Assembly: GCA_030295235.1 (NCBI GenBank)
Contig: AP026143.1
Location: forward strand, 62,001-126,000
Source: Fistulifera solaris
Taxonomy: Eukaryota
Reading direction: 5' to 3'
DNA length: 64,000 bases
Shown here: one piece after another, positions 25,320-38,061 of the stretch
Layout of the letters: the number at the start of each line of letters is the position of its first letter
Numbering within the stretch: the first letter of the stretch is position 1
The notes under the pieces: model-generated
The model's input: only the letters and a program-made list of their open reading frames with translations
Database searches by the model: none
What the model was told of the DNA's origin: nothing
Made by a program: the position numbers and the translations under genes

Positions 25320-26123
25320 TTAATTCGCTTCATCCAAATAATCTTGAATTTGACTCGGCTGCAAGACTTGAAATTCCCCATCTTTTTCACGATACCCAGT
25401 TCAATATTGTGTGCGGTCATTTCTCCTTCAAAGCCTTCTCGCAACGTGAGGAGTGCGGTATGAATGGCATCTTCCAATTCCATATCTTCCGTCCAACGCT
25501 TTTCCAAGAAATTCTTGGCACTGACGTAATTCTTGCCAATCGCCGTGGCATTCCAACCAAAATAGGAACCACTGGGATCGACTTGAAAGAGGGCCGGTTT
25601 CCCGTCACTGTCCAAGCCGGCCACGAGAAGACTAATGCCAAAGGGACGGACTCCACCGCGTTGGGTATATTCTTGCATCGTCGAGGCCGTGTCAGTCACG
25701 AGTTGATGAACGGGTTGGACTTCACCGTATTCACTCAAGTAACTTTGTGAGCTTTTGCGGGAGCGTTTGACTGTGATAGAATCAGAGAGAGAGATAGGCA
25801 AAGTTGAAAGTGAGTCGATGATTTGAAACAGAATGACAAAAGAAGGACCGGCGCTCTGGGCGTACCTAAAACGCGATAATCTGGTCCGACTCCCGCGTAA
25901 CAAAAGCCGGCTTTCGGGGTAATTTTTTCAATTTTCTGGACGTGTTCGGGATCGACCAACACGGAGGGCAACTTTTGTCTGTCGCAATCACGACACCATC
26001 TTGGGCACAAATGCCCAATGCCGTACGTCCATTCGCTACAGCATTAAGAGCGTATTCAATTTGGAGCAACTTGCCCGTACGAGAGAACGTCGTCAAGGAG
26101 AAGCTGTATGCAGAGTCGCCCAT
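25320..26123 (-). CDS. PSMA2: 20S proteasome subunit alpha 2; intron 25771-25865
   Basis: [78 protein letters not shown]. Confidence 0.93.
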
Positions 26124-26912
26124 TGTTTGGAGAAAGAGTCAAGGTAATGGAAGGTTGAAATAAGAGAGTAGAAGGAAACTTTGTTCGTTCGTAAAAAGGC
26201 TCTTTGCGTAATCAAGTCGGAAAGAGGAAAAGAGATGCAAATTTAAGAATTATCAAAGAGATTTTTTAAATTGATAGGAGCTTCTAATGAACTTTGGCTA
26301 TGTTGTTATTATCGAACGCCATGGCCGTCGTTGCTGCGCAAGGAAACGGAGCGATCGGGATGGAAGATATATTTGCGTCACGTTCGTGAATGATTACATG
26401 AATGGACTCCAACGTGATTGCCGTTGACCTAGCTACCTGGTAGCTAGCTTTGTCCTTCCGGTTCTTTGCACATTTTGTGCCACACTCCAACGATCCACGA
26501 CCGCCATTCCCATGTTCTTTTTGTGAACCAAGTTTGAACTGTCGAGTGTACAAATCGCATACAAATACTTAAGTCCCGTTGTGCTAAGTAACCAGTCCAT
26601 CGAAATGTTTCATACGACAAATTGAAGTCCTGCGGTACTGAATTTCTAATAGACCTTTTCTCCATTCACAGCTAATTCTATGACTGCCTATTTAAGTGTA
26701 CTACAGTGGACACAGGATCCGTGATGCACGACGCACGACAGAACGGAGTCTCTTCTCGTTTCCACCGCCGGTCGTTACGTCGACACAAATAAATTTCCCT
26801 CCGTCGACGTTTGGAGGAGCAACATACTTTGGTGCATACACAATCACATAAATCTTCGTTGTTGGTTATAAACAGCACTATTCCTCGCATGTGCTAAGAG
26901 ACCAGAAGAGCA

Positions 26913-27699
26913 ATGAAACGAACGAAAGCACAGAATGATTCACTCCATCGAATCGAAATTATGAAACGACAAGAGGACACGGTGTACCGGCCGAAACTCA
27001 TCGACTGGCCAACTCTTTCTGCATCCGATGCCCCCGATGGCACTTGCCGCGACAAAATGTTAACGTGGTTTTTTGAAATTGTCAATTACTTCAAATACAA
27101 CAAAGAAACAGTCGAAATTGCCTTGAATTACTTGGATCGCTACGAATGTAATGACCGACTCGAGTATCAATTAACGTGCATGACCGCGTTGTATACGGCC
27201 GTAAAAATCCACGAACGCACGGCGTTGCATCCGAAACTCGTGGCGAGTTTGGAGTCAAGGACAATTTACCGAACAAGATGTGATACAACAAGAAAGGAAA
27301 CTCTTGCATCATCTGCAGTGGCGATTGCATCCACCGACGACGTTGGCGTTTGTGCGAGAGTTTCTCTCGTGGGTTCCCGCGGAACAGCGTAAAATGGTGT
27401 ACGAACTCGCTCAAGTACAACTGCAACACGCGTGGCGGCTCCCGCGAGTGGTTCCTTCGTATACTTGGGCATATGCGGCGGTGTTGAATGCGTTGGAAAG
27501 TTTGCATCTGCCGTGTTGTTGTAGTATTGACATGGATTGTGACGACGTTGTTCAAACGCAAGCGATCTTGTACAAAGCCATTGCGGGTGTTTCGTTGAAC
27601 AGTGCTCTGTCGAAGAAACGCTCCATTCAAAAAGGAGTGCGAGTATCTCAGCTGGCTACGGAAGGGGGATCGCCTCGCACAGTGGTGGTCAATCATTGA
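26913..27699 (+). CDS. Cyclin (diatom-specific dsCYC-like); one frameshift
   Basis: Cyclin box CRDKMLTWFFEIVNY..ETVEIALNYLDRY..YQLTCMTALYTAVKIHE..ERKLLHHLQWRLHPPT. Confidence 0.88.
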
Positions 27700-28100
27700 T
27701 GTCGCTCTTGTATAATATAAAGAAAGTCATGATGAATGATAGAACGATAAAGAGGAAACAATAAGAATAATATTATAGACTTGGTTAATTGGAAAAGGTA
27801 GTAGTAATTACGTCAAAGTATTAGCTAACTCATCGGTGATGTTAGCTAACCGAATAGGCGACCAAGCTTTTCGGAAGGTGGGTTGAGAACGGCGAGGAAT
27901 GAATCGGAGTGCCGTTCCTTCTGTACTTTTGACTGTGGCATTTTCCAACGGTCGCGTCCGTTGAACTACGGGCGGCGTACGTACGGTAAGATAGCCACTC
28001 GTGAATGCAGTAAGTCACGAGTAAGCACCACCACGCAACAACATCATTCTTTCGTTTGCCACAACAAAATAATATCATCAAGTAGATAACAATATACACA

Positions 28101-29507
28101 ATGTTATCCGCTACATTACTCAGAAAGACAGCACACTCCCAAACACTTCGATATCTTTCGACAAAAGAAAGCGTGGATGTATTGATTGTCGGTGGCGGTG
28201 TGGTGGGCCTCGGCATGGCGGCAGCGTTGCAACGCACGTTGCCGCATTTGCAAGTACGCGTCCTGGAAGCGGCTGCTCCTCCTTCTTCTCCTCCTCTTTC
28301 CGCAGTACCACATCCTCGCTCGTATGCCTTGTCACCGGCGTCGTTGCAGTTTTTGCAACTTACCGACTCACCGCAAAATTCTTTGGGATATTATCAGCGC
28401 ATGCAAGTTTGGGAAGCGCGACAACCGGCGTTTTTGAATTTTGGAATCGAAGATTTGTCGTCTTCTACGGAAGAGTGTTTAGGAGCGGTGGCCGAAGATT
28501 CCTTTCTGGTGCAAACATTAACATCACGACTCGCGCCCGATACCATTCATTACGAAACCACCGTAACTTATTGGCAATTACCATCGCAGACGTCCCAAGG
28601 TCTTGTGACATTGAATACGGGAACCCGTCTGCAGTATCAATTACTGGTCGCCGCGGACGGAGCGAATTCTCCGATACGAAGAAAATTGGGGATTGCTTCG
28701 CACGTCCACGAGTACGGCGAAATGGCCTTGACGTGCACCGTCGAAATTGACTCATCCATGCAAGACTGTGCCTTTCAACGATTTGTGGGGGACGATGGGA
28801 TTTTAGCACTGTTGCCGACACGATCGAATCGGCATGCGATTGTGGTGTGGAGTACGCGTCCGGAACAAGTAGAATATTGGAAGAAGGTACCGACGGCGCA
28901 ATTGATGGAGCATTGGAATCAGTTGTTCCAACAAGGACCCCAACGACTCGATCCATTGTTTCCCAGAACCGATATTCCGGTCTTGTCGAATCTACAATAC
29001 GGAACCGAGAAAGTTTGGGAAATGATTCAGTACGGTTCGACACTCGCGAGTGTGACGCATCGAGGGGCACAACAATCCTTCCTACTACCGCCCCAACTAC
29101 TCCAAACGGCGTCGCCTCTATTGTCCTTTCCGTTACAGTTGCGACAAGTGACGCGGTACACGGCACCGCGTGTGGCATTGGTGGGCGACGCCGCACATTC
29201 GGTCCATCCCATGGCGGGGCAAGGATTGAATTTGGGACTCCAAGATGTGCAATGCTTGTTACAGAATGTGCAGAAAGCCGATGATGCGGGCATGGATTTG
29301 GCAACGTTTTTGGAAAACGGGTACGAACAAAGCCGACAGCAACAAGTGTTGGCCACAGTACAAGGCATTCATGCGTTGCATCAATTGTTTCGGAGTCAAA
29401 GTACGGCGCTGCAACATTTGAAAACGTTGGGGATGAATGTGGTGCAAACGGTTCCACCCGTGCGGAGTTTGCTCGTTCAAGCGGCCTGTGGTGGAGTTGG
29501 TCTATAA
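28101..29507 (+). CDS. COQ6: Ubiquinone biosynthesis FAD monooxygenase (COQ6/UbiH family)
   Basis: DVLIVGGGVVG, LLVAADGANS, LVGDAAHSVHPMAGQGLNLGLQD; mitochondrial-like presequence. Confidence 0.88.
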   Translation: MLSATLLRKTAHSQTLRYLSTKESVDVLIVGGGVVGLGMAAALQRTLPHLQVRVLEAAAPPSSPPLSAVPHPRSYALSPASLQFLQLTDSPQNSLGYYQRMQVWEARQPAFLNFGIEDLSSSTEECLGAVAEDSFLVQTLTSRLAPDTIHYETTVTYWQLPSQTSQGLVTLNTGTRLQYQLLVAADGANSPIRRKLGIASHVHEYGEMALTCTVEIDSSMQDCAFQRFVGDDGILALLPTRSNRHAIVVWSTRPEQVEYWKKVPTAQLMEHWNQLFQQGPQRLDPLFPRTDIPVLSNLQYGTEKVWEMIQYGSTLASVTHRGAQQSFLLPPQLLQTASPLLSFPLQLRQVTRYTAPRVALVGDAAHSVHPMAGQGLNLGLQDVQCLLQNVQKADDAGMDLATFLENGYEQSRQQQVLATVQGIHALHQLFRSQSTALQHLKTLGMNVVQTVPPVRSLLVQAACGGVGL

Positions 29508-29787
29508 GCATTGACTAGTGATGTAGATAAATAATTTGTACATAAGGTCCAGTAGTTTCGTAAGAAGGGGAGAAAAGAAAAGATGAAGAAAAAGCCTAGC
29601 TCTCTAAACCCAGCCGCTAATGAACGAATTGATGACGACAATGACGTGTCAGTCGCGCGCAAAACAAAAGAAACCGACGAAAAAGGGAAAAAAAATCTTC
29701 CGTCGTGTTGCAAAGAAGAGAGAGGAAAGCTCATCATCTCAATCTACTAGATTCTTTCACAAGCGCCTAAGCAATAACGCGACGGTC

Positions 29788-30666
29788 ATGTTTGAGTTAC
29801 AGCAGCAAATAATAACGAAAGACGACGACAAGGCTCCTGTCGTGCATCTCCGATTGGCACTCTTGGCCTGTGAGAATCATCCACCGTACGGTCCTCCGCG
29901 TCATACGGCTCAACTCTTTCTCGAATTATTGCATCAAGTAGCTTTGCTGGATAATTTACATTCGTATGACATCATAATTCATGTTTACAATGTCATTGCG
30001 GAAGAGTATCCGACCGATTGGAGCGAGTATCAAGGTTTTATTGTGCCCGGATCGTTTGCGGCCGCCTACGATACCGATCCATGGATTCTCGCGTTGCGCA
30101 AGCAATTGCAAACGCACATTGTTGCAAATGAACGTCCGACGTTGGCGGTTTGTTTTGGACACCAGATCATGGCGCATTCGTTCTTTCCCGACGGTCAAGC
30201 GTCGAAAATGCCATACGCTCGGGCCGGTCGGTATGAAGTAACAAACGTGCCGGAAGATTCTTGCCTCGGAACTAATTCCTTTTCGCAATTCTTCTCACAC
30301 GGTGATTGTGTCGAGAAATTGCCCAAAACTGCCGCCGCTTGGGGCTGCAGCGATCCCCATATTCCGGTACAAATTGCCGCGTATTACGGTCCTTCTTCCT
30401 CCACACCGTATTGCATTTCGTTTCAGGCACATCCGGAATATGCCACCGAAGACACTTTGGGAACGTTACAGGGATGTATGGACGCGATGAAAGAGCGGAA
30501 GGCCTTGAGTACGGAAGAATACGACCAACAGCTGCAGGATGCTCACGCCACGCACACTGCCGTGAAAGCCGCCAATTTACAAGTGATGCGACGTGTCGTC
30601 CAAACGCTGGGTTGGTTTCCGACGACACAGGAAACAGCGGGACCAGGACAACAGATTGCGTCGTAG
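29788..30666 (+). CDS. Class I glutamine amidotransferase-like protein
   Basis: VPGS, nucleophile AVCFGHQ, SHGD, FQAHPE catalytic triad motifs. Confidence 0.88.
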   Translation: MFELQQQIITKDDDKAPVVHLRLALLACENHPPYGPPRHTAQLFLELLHQVALLDNLHSYDIIIHVYNVIAEEYPTDWSEYQGFIVPGSFAAAYDTDPWILALRKQLQTHIVANERPTLAVCFGHQIMAHSFFPDGQASKMPYARAGRYEVTNVPEDSCLGTNSFSQFFSHGDCVEKLPKTAAAWGCSDPHIPVQIAAYYGPSSSTPYCISFQAHPEYATEDTLGTLQGCMDAMKERKALSTEEYDQQLQDAHATHTAVKAANLQVMRRVVQTLGWFPTTQETAGPGQQIAS

Positions 30667-30856
30667 CATAGTTTACCTGGTAGTATGTAGAAGGTATTGA
30701 GTGATGGGAGCTACCATCACGATAGACGATGGCGAATTTGTATACTTTCAGGATCTAGGGTTTTGATCGACACGCCATCTGCTAAATAAACGACAGTGCT
30801 GTGAAATCATCTTTGCTACGAGTGTTCGTTTCTTGCTTCTAATTTAAATTCGTAAT

Positions 30857-31828
30857 TTATTTCAATTCTCCGCAATCCTTAATGATCACTTTTTGCGAAG
30901 TGGCTCCACTCTGGCTTCCGACCTTTTCGATCGCATCCACAACCTCCAGTCCCTCCACAACTTTTCCGAACACTATATGGAGTCCAGATTGCGTAATGGC
31001 AAGAGTGCGTGTCAAGTCGTTTCAGTGTGAGGGACCTCCGAAACAGTCACCAAGACGCGTCGCGAATATTTTACGTACCGACATGTTTGCCATTCAACCA
31101 GGGTGTGTCAACGGTGCAGATGCTTTAAAAAAATACATAGGCGAAACAAATAAGTGTCATAGAAAGTGTGTGAGAAGCGTCTCGGAATCAGCGAAAGACT
31201 CCAAGAATATAGTGATCGAGTCAACTTACAAAACTGCGAGGAAACAACAAGAATATGCCGTGAGTTTGAGCGATTTTGAAAGACTCATTTAAAGAACAAA
31301 TCAGTTACTTACACTGCGATCCATTCGTGTTGGGGCCGGCGTTGGCCATGCTCAAGATGCCTGAGGAAAAAGAGAAATCGGATGAGCTCCAGCCAAGCGA
31401 AACAGATATTGCATTAGCTCGCGGATAAAGCCATACCTTTTCCTTCGTGCTTGAGAGAAAAGTCCTCATCTTCAAACTTGGTACCGTAAATCGATTTTCC
31501 GCCCGTACCGTTGTGGTTGGTGAAATCACCACCTTGACACATGAATTGTGGAATGACACGGTGGAAGGAAGATCCTTTGTAACCGAATCCTTTCTCACCG
31601 GTGCACAAGGCACGGAAATTCTCGGCCGTCTTGGGGACGACATCATCGCGGAGTTCAAATGTGATGCGGCCCGCATCTTTGCCTCCGACCTCCATGTCAA
31701 AAAAAGACCTTGGTCAGATCGAGGGCCGCAGAGGTGCGTGAGTACGAACGAACCGCGGTGCGCTGTACAAACGCAGCCGACGACGAAAATGTCAAGAGGG
31801 AAGCGGCAAACATGGTGCTAATCTTCAT
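30857..31828 (-). CDS. Cyclophilin-type PPIase, probably plastid-targeted; 5 exons including a 4-nt micro-exon
   Basis: Exons 31828-31437, 31360-31313, 31233-31230, 31122-31079, 30973-30857 give [67 protein letters not shown]-terminus [23 protein letters not shown] needs removal of one extra T at ~31700. Confidence 0.93.
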
Positions 31829-32217
31829 TGCTGGTTGCGAACGCAAATAAATTATTGAATTTGGGGAAGGAGAAGGTCTTTCGCGTAATGTTTTGTGATG
31901 GAAACGGAAGATAAGATGATGCGCTTCGCAGTTCGCAGCAGTGTGCGGATTGGATCTCTTGGATTCGAGAAGATCTGGAAATCTGACGTCATAGTACTTC
32001 TCAGTTCATACTTAATCCACACTGACTGGTGACTGATGTCAGCGAGCCTGAACGAAGCTTCTTTCCGTACAACTGTCAGGCAAAGGCTAGGATCACGGAT
32101 CACCGATCACCGTACCTGGTACCGGTACCTAAGGTTTAACAACGAAAGAAAGTTAGTCAAACAAGTCTACGTGATGAAATGACAATCGTAAAACACTAGG
32201 AAAACATTGGTTATAAA

Positions 32218-35200
32218 TTATAGAGGTAACTGAAAAGTTACTCGTTTCTTACGAATCTCATTGACTTCTGAAGGCTCCAACAAAGTCCCAGCCGTGCGTT
32301 TGCGTTTTTTCCATAATGCCGGTCTATCCAACGAAAGCGCATTCACCTTCAACTTACTGTTCGTCTTCTCTGATCCGTTTCCCAGTCGTTGATAGTCGGT
32401 ATTAAGACGAAGAGCAAGTAGCAGTGAATGCAGTTTCTTTCGCTCTTTATCTTGTGCACTTAGTTCTTCCTTAAGTCCTTTCTGCTCATCATCCGCATCC
32501 ATCATGATTTCCTCGACACTGTGCTGTGCCACTAACGTTTCTACTTCCACTCGACCGCGAGCTCCCATACGCCACGCTCTTGCGACGACTTGGTCCTCCA
32601 GCGCCTTGTCCCAGATTTCTTCAAGCAGAAAAATATGGGTGACGAAACTCAGATCCAAACCCTCAGAACCGTCTTTGGTAAGTAAGAGGCACACACAATC
32701 ATTGCGGTGAATGAACTTGGACAACTCCTCTTTTCGGTATCGACCCCAGTACTCGGCGACGCATGCTGAACCAAATCGACGATACAACCGATCTCCCACG
32801 ACATTCAAAGCTTTGCGGAACTGAGAAAATACAATCACTTTCAATGGGCGCTCGTTTTTGGAATTAGAGTGGAGAGCGGCTATTTTGTTGATCAAATAAT
32901 GTGATTTTGATTCATCTTCAGGGCAGTCCGTGGCTGCACGACCGCACGCATCACAGCGGCGATCCTCATTCATGAGATTGCAAGCGTTGTGCTCTTCCCA
33001 ACACAACAAGCATCTGTGATTTCGAGCAAAACACATACTCTCTTTGTCGCGGTATTCGCAAATGTGACCATCACCAAATTTATTGGTTCGTCTTGGCAGA
33101 GCCGGAATCACGATGTTCATTCCATTTCCGGCTCGTGCACCCGGCTGTGCTGCACGAGGAAGGAGCTGATGGTGCGGCATTTCAGGTTGACTTGTGTGCT
33201 CTGGGTCCTTTAGATTTGATCGCCAAGTCATTGCAAAGCCGGGCTGTAGCCGTTGAAAGTCGTCAACATCATATTCGTCGCCGCACGCGATGCATGTCGT
33301 GGACTGATTATCAAAGCACTCTGTGCAAATTAAACGCCCGCAGCATGATGGTAGTAAAAGAGTGGTCAATCCAAGATGACATACCGAACAAAAGGATAAA
33401 CCTTCCGATTCAGCGGCATGCATGAATTCCCGGACGGGCACCAAGTCCAAATTGTGAAGCTCCGCTAGTTCGATCGTCTCACGCCAGTTTTTATCTGTTA
33501 AAACAGGGACAACTCTGGACCATCCAATACAGACACGACGGACGTTTTCTAACGCTTCTCTGGCATGTCTCGCATTGTTTCGATGAAGTAACGAGTCTTG
33601 CTTGCCTGACGTTTTACCCGCCATCGAGGTGAGCATAATATTAGATTGAACAGCTGATACCAGTGTATTGTAGGTATTGACTTCAATTTCGCTCATTGGT
33701 ATAATTTCTTTTCGGAACGACGGAAATGGTAACTCGTCAATATCGAGCTTGGTATGACGCCTCATCAAGAGCATCAAAAGCGAGCGCAGACGATAGAATG
33801 CGACGGAATCTTTTTGTTTCCATCGGTCCATAATCTCCCTTTTCCAAAATTGATCTCCATCTCCCTTTGAAAGGAAAAATTCATGGCGAAGGAAGCGAAG
33901 CAGGGCTTTTACTTGATTAAGCTGCATCGTATTGTGCTTTGTCGGTGTTCCGGTCATAGCCCAGCGTCGCTCAGCATGAATCCAAGAAGCAAATTGAATA
34001 GATGAATTTTCGTGACCTTTTGCCATGGAGTGGCCCTCGTCTGTCACCATGCGATGCCAATGGATTTTTAACAGCGAACATACATTCTTTTCAGATGCTT
34101 GCAGGCCTTCCAAATACCAGGGTATCTCGTTGCCTTCCGATCGTCGCGTATCCTGCTGCTCAAAACTACCATTTTTCCACTCATTAGAGAACCTTTGGAT
34201 TGTTGTAATTACAATTTGAAAGCGAGCTAAGAACTCGCAAGGTGGAAGAGGCTTTGTTCCGCCCCGATCGAGAAAAACCAGCGCACTATGAGAGGTCTGG
34301 AGCAAGCGCTTTGCTTCGTTCACTTCTAGTTTCATATTTTCTCCAAAGTTAAAGATCATCGGCAACCGGGAAGTCAGAAATTGAAAGTCAACATGAAGAC
34401 GTATTTGTTCCTGGCACGAAGAAGCAATAGGTGAGTTATTATCATCTAAGTGCACGTGAGACAAGAATTTTCTCACCTCCCAATGGTCCATCAGAACGGC
34501 AGGAACAACCAGCAACGTCGCTTTAGATGGCAAAAGGGACTTTAGAAATTTGATTCGGCGTGCGTTTGCTACGAGGGCAGCTACCGCAGAGTTCGGCTTC
34601 GATGTAACACTAGAGAAATATTTTCTAGCTTGTTCAACATTGTGTTCTTTGAATTCCAGCGATTTTTCTCGTAGTCTTTGTACCATCCCATCAGCGTCCA
34701 CAAGACTGGCTCGTAGTATTGTTCTGGAGACACAAGTTAAACAGAAATGAGATATCGATTACAACCGCAAAAAGATCTTGGTCTCGAAACTTACTCAAAA
34801 TCGTCGTGGAACTGTTGAAATGATTCATAATTGTGTTCCGCCAGCTTTTGTAATTTCTTGGCGGGAAGGAAACTCCCATGGGTAATCTCCGACTTGATGA
34901 ATTGATTGATGAATTTCAATAGAGCGCTTCGTCGATTATCATGCGCGCAATATTGTTCCTCCCAGTACGCATTGAAAATCTTGTCACTTTCTACGGACTT
35001 TCCCACAAAAATAGGCGTCTCAGGTAGCATTCCTGCGGTTTGTAGAATCAGCGACAGAACGGTGATGGTTTTACCCAAACCCGGGTCGTCACAAAGCAAG
35101 CCGCCGCGTGCCACTGTTCGATTCATCTTTGCCAGCGATTCGTCGCACTCTTGACCCGTCAGCTGACTGATCCGAACTTGCTTGCCGGTCGAACGAAGCT

Positions 35201-36161
35201 CCAGAAGAGTCGCCACACCACCGGACGCCGCTCTATAATCGTCCCCCTCCACGGCAAATAGCCGCGCATTGTTGCAAAGATCGGACTCGGTTTGATTGCG
35301 GGACTCGCGTGCTCGCATCCATGCGAGCGATCGCTTTTGATGTTGAAACAAACGTAGCTTGAGTCCAGGGACGACGGTCTGCAATATCCCATTCAGATGC
35401 GAACACGATTGTCGAAGCACCTGTAACTCCCGGGCGCCCAAAAAGGGAGCAATGTGATCCGTCCAGATATCCGCTGAAAACTGGAGTAGACCCGTTGCGT
35501 TTCCTGGCTTTGTGGCGACTCGTCTTTTATGCAGTTCTTTGGTAAGCGGCGAGTCGTTGATTTGTTGATATACCTCCTCCAGATTCCATCGTGTCGGCAG
35601 TACAGTGGTTCGTAACGCTTTTTGTAATCTTTCATTGTCTTTGATATGTACGATTCCTTTCTTAAACGTTTCCAGATACTTCCAATCACTCCGGAGTGAT
35701 GCCAACAACGCCTGCGTAGCTGGGTGCAATCGATCTCCGAGAAAAATGGATCGACGAGTTGTAGCGTGGCTTGTGAGATGCGGGAAATCGACAGTGATGA
35801 CAATCGATGCATAGCGGTCGTCCCAAAACATCACTTGCATGCTTTTTATTTGCACCAACTCCTCACAGAATTGAAGCATCCCCATTAACGAGATAATTTC
35901 CGATCGTTTCTTTCTACAACAAGTACACGGTGTCGCTGGTTTTTGACCATCGTGTAACGGGATATTCTGAAGAAAAACATTCACTTGATCGTGTTGAATA
36001 TGCATCGACAAACAACATGCGCTGCAATTGACGTCCGTCGCGGAGCGATCTTGTCGAAGAATCACATCTCGCCATACCCAGGGAGAGACAGAATTTTCGG
36101 TAGATAGTTCAATCTCCGCTTTTTCGAACAAAAAGTACGCCCATTCGTTCACTCCTTCCAT
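32218..36161 (-). CDS. SNF2-family helicase with F-box-like and RING domains; introns ~34724-34794 and ~34411-34477
   Basis: F-box-like LLQFSADIW..IAPFL..LRQSC, motif I GGLLCDDPGLGKT, DEGH, RWAMTGTP, RING CSVC..CTEC..CIAC, KVIVFSQF, EGLDLS, QVVARAWRMG. Confidence 0.9.
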
Positions 36162-36545
36162 TTTTAGCAAAATAAGATAGGCGCGGGAAGCGAGCTTATT
36201 CTTGAAGTACCAGTATTAGTATTGTGCCGTCTCGTTCGACCGTATCTTTCTCCCGTGATTAATTCTGTCTGGTTGAGCTAGAGTTCTTCTTTCATTGATT
36301 CAAAACCTTCGGAACACACAAAGTCGAATGAATGAGCCCGGACGATGTTCTAAAGTTCGATGAATGAATTTATCTCGTTGCAATTCATTCACTCTGTGTG
36401 AAAAACGGAAGCCCCTATAACGGGTGACGGACATGGCGAATCCCACCAGTAGCTCGATAAATCTAGACCAAATTCGCAGAGATAATAACACAATTTACAT
36501 TCTTATTACAGTTACTGATCATCAATCAATATCTATGCAGACATC

Positions 36546-37106
36546 TCACTCTTCATCGCCCTTTTCGGAAGCAGCTGTGCTCGTATGATCCGTCGAAATG
36601 GGAATTTCACGCGACTTCTCGGCAACTCTCGCATGACTTTTGGGGGCCGACACAATCAAAACTCCATCGTGCATCTTGGCTTCAAATTGCTCGGCTTCCA
36701 CCGATGGATCAAGCGAAAAGCTCTGAGAAAATTGAGACGAGAAGCTGTAACCTTCGCCCGACTTCTCGCGAACTCCCTCAATGGACAGCATGCGACGACC
36801 TTCCTCCACCTTAATCTTCACTTCGTCCGGCTTCAAGCCCGGCAAGTCGAGGGCAACTTGAAACTTTTCGTCGTCGTTCGTGATTTCATATTTTGGCGCC
36901 CAGTTTTGAAGCATCCCTTTCGTCAAGTCACGATGCAACAATTCTTGAGGCACCAGAACCATTGGTCGGGTCATGAGGTCGCTGAAACCAAACCCAAATG
37001 CTTTCGTCGTAGCCGGACGAATCATCGACCCAATCGACGTGACAAGAATCGCGGGAAGTATCTTCATTTTCATCATGGTGGAACTACGAATCATCGTTGC
37101 GCACAA
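36546..37106 (-). CDS. Small heat-shock protein (HSP20) with N-terminal signal
   Basis: FQVALDLPGLKPDEVKIKVE..LSIEG..FSQSFSL..AKMHDGVLIVSAPK. Confidence 0.9.
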   Translation of the reverse strand: MCATMIRSSTMMKMKILPAILVTSIGSMIRPATTKAFGFGFSDLMTRPMVLVPQELLHRDLTKGMLQNWAPKYEITNDDEKFQVALDLPGLKPDEVKIKVEEGRRMLSIEGVREKSGEGYSFSSQFSQSFSLDPSVEAEQFEAKMHDGVLIVSAPKSHARVAEKSREIPISTDHTSTAASEKGDEE

Positions 37107-37233
37107 GGCATTTATCTTTCAAAATTATTTTATGAGAACCGCAAATCAAGGTCCGATTCGCAAACCATGCTTCGCATCCATCTCCCATTCTCGTTCAAGT
37201 AAATGGAATTAAGTGTACAGAAGAATTCACACT

Positions 37234-37634
37234 TTAGATGATTGTTATGTTAGCCAGATCTTCTTCTTCAATACGAGCCCCACAGGAACCGTCCGCAAAG
37301 TAATGAAACCGCGGTTTGCTCCAAATCATGACTCGACCCGGTTGCGTAAAGCCAGGGATCGTCTTCGATCGGGTATACGCTGCCACTCGTCGGATGCTAC
37401 CCACTCGATCACTGCAGCGACACACCAGTCGGATCGGACCCCATTCGTTTTCCGTAAACCGCAGTTTGATGACGGCATCGGGCGGCAAATTCCGCGATTG
37501 CGCTAGTTCGTCCCATGTAATGCCGCCGGCCATGCGCTCATTATCGTGTCGCTTCTTTTGAAAAGAAATACGAAGCATACAGCAGCAATGCCTAAAAGGT
37601 AAAGAAGGTTGGCGATACTATTGAGGGAAGGCAT
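37234..37634 (-). CDS. Small hypothetical protein with an N-terminal membrane anchor (one indel)
   Basis: MPSLNSIANLLYLLGIAAVCFVF joins ORF 37234-37578 if a T-run is one base longer. Confidence 0.45.
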
Positions 37635-38061
37635 CGTTTGAAAGAGAAAAGTAAAAAGATACTCCGTACATCATGGATCATGGAAGATCGTTCTTAAAGC
37701 CAGAATTGCTTCGGGTTAAGGTTAAAGGTTTCACTTTGTGACACGATGGAGTGCGCAACGGCAAATGTAGGCACGAAATTGTGAGAGCCTAACAAAATCG
37801 ATCATGTCTGCTAAATAAGTTGTTCTACTTAATTAATTTGAAAACTATACTTAGGCGATTTGAGACTTAGATTCCCTAACAAATATTATTCTCAAAATTT
37901 ATTTAGAAACAAAACATCCAAGCAACGATTTCTTTACCGCCCTGGCGCGAAATCGCCCGTAATTGTCGACCAACATCACACGCGCACTTTCAATTTTTGA
38001 CGATCCTTATTATTTTTCGCCTTTGCCGCATAAACGAACCTATCAACCGCTGTCTTTTACC

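Noticed and set aside
15085..26123. Functional cluster of proteasome and protease genes
   Set aside because: The genes are separated by unrelated ones; co-occurrence is unremarkable in a gene-dense genome.
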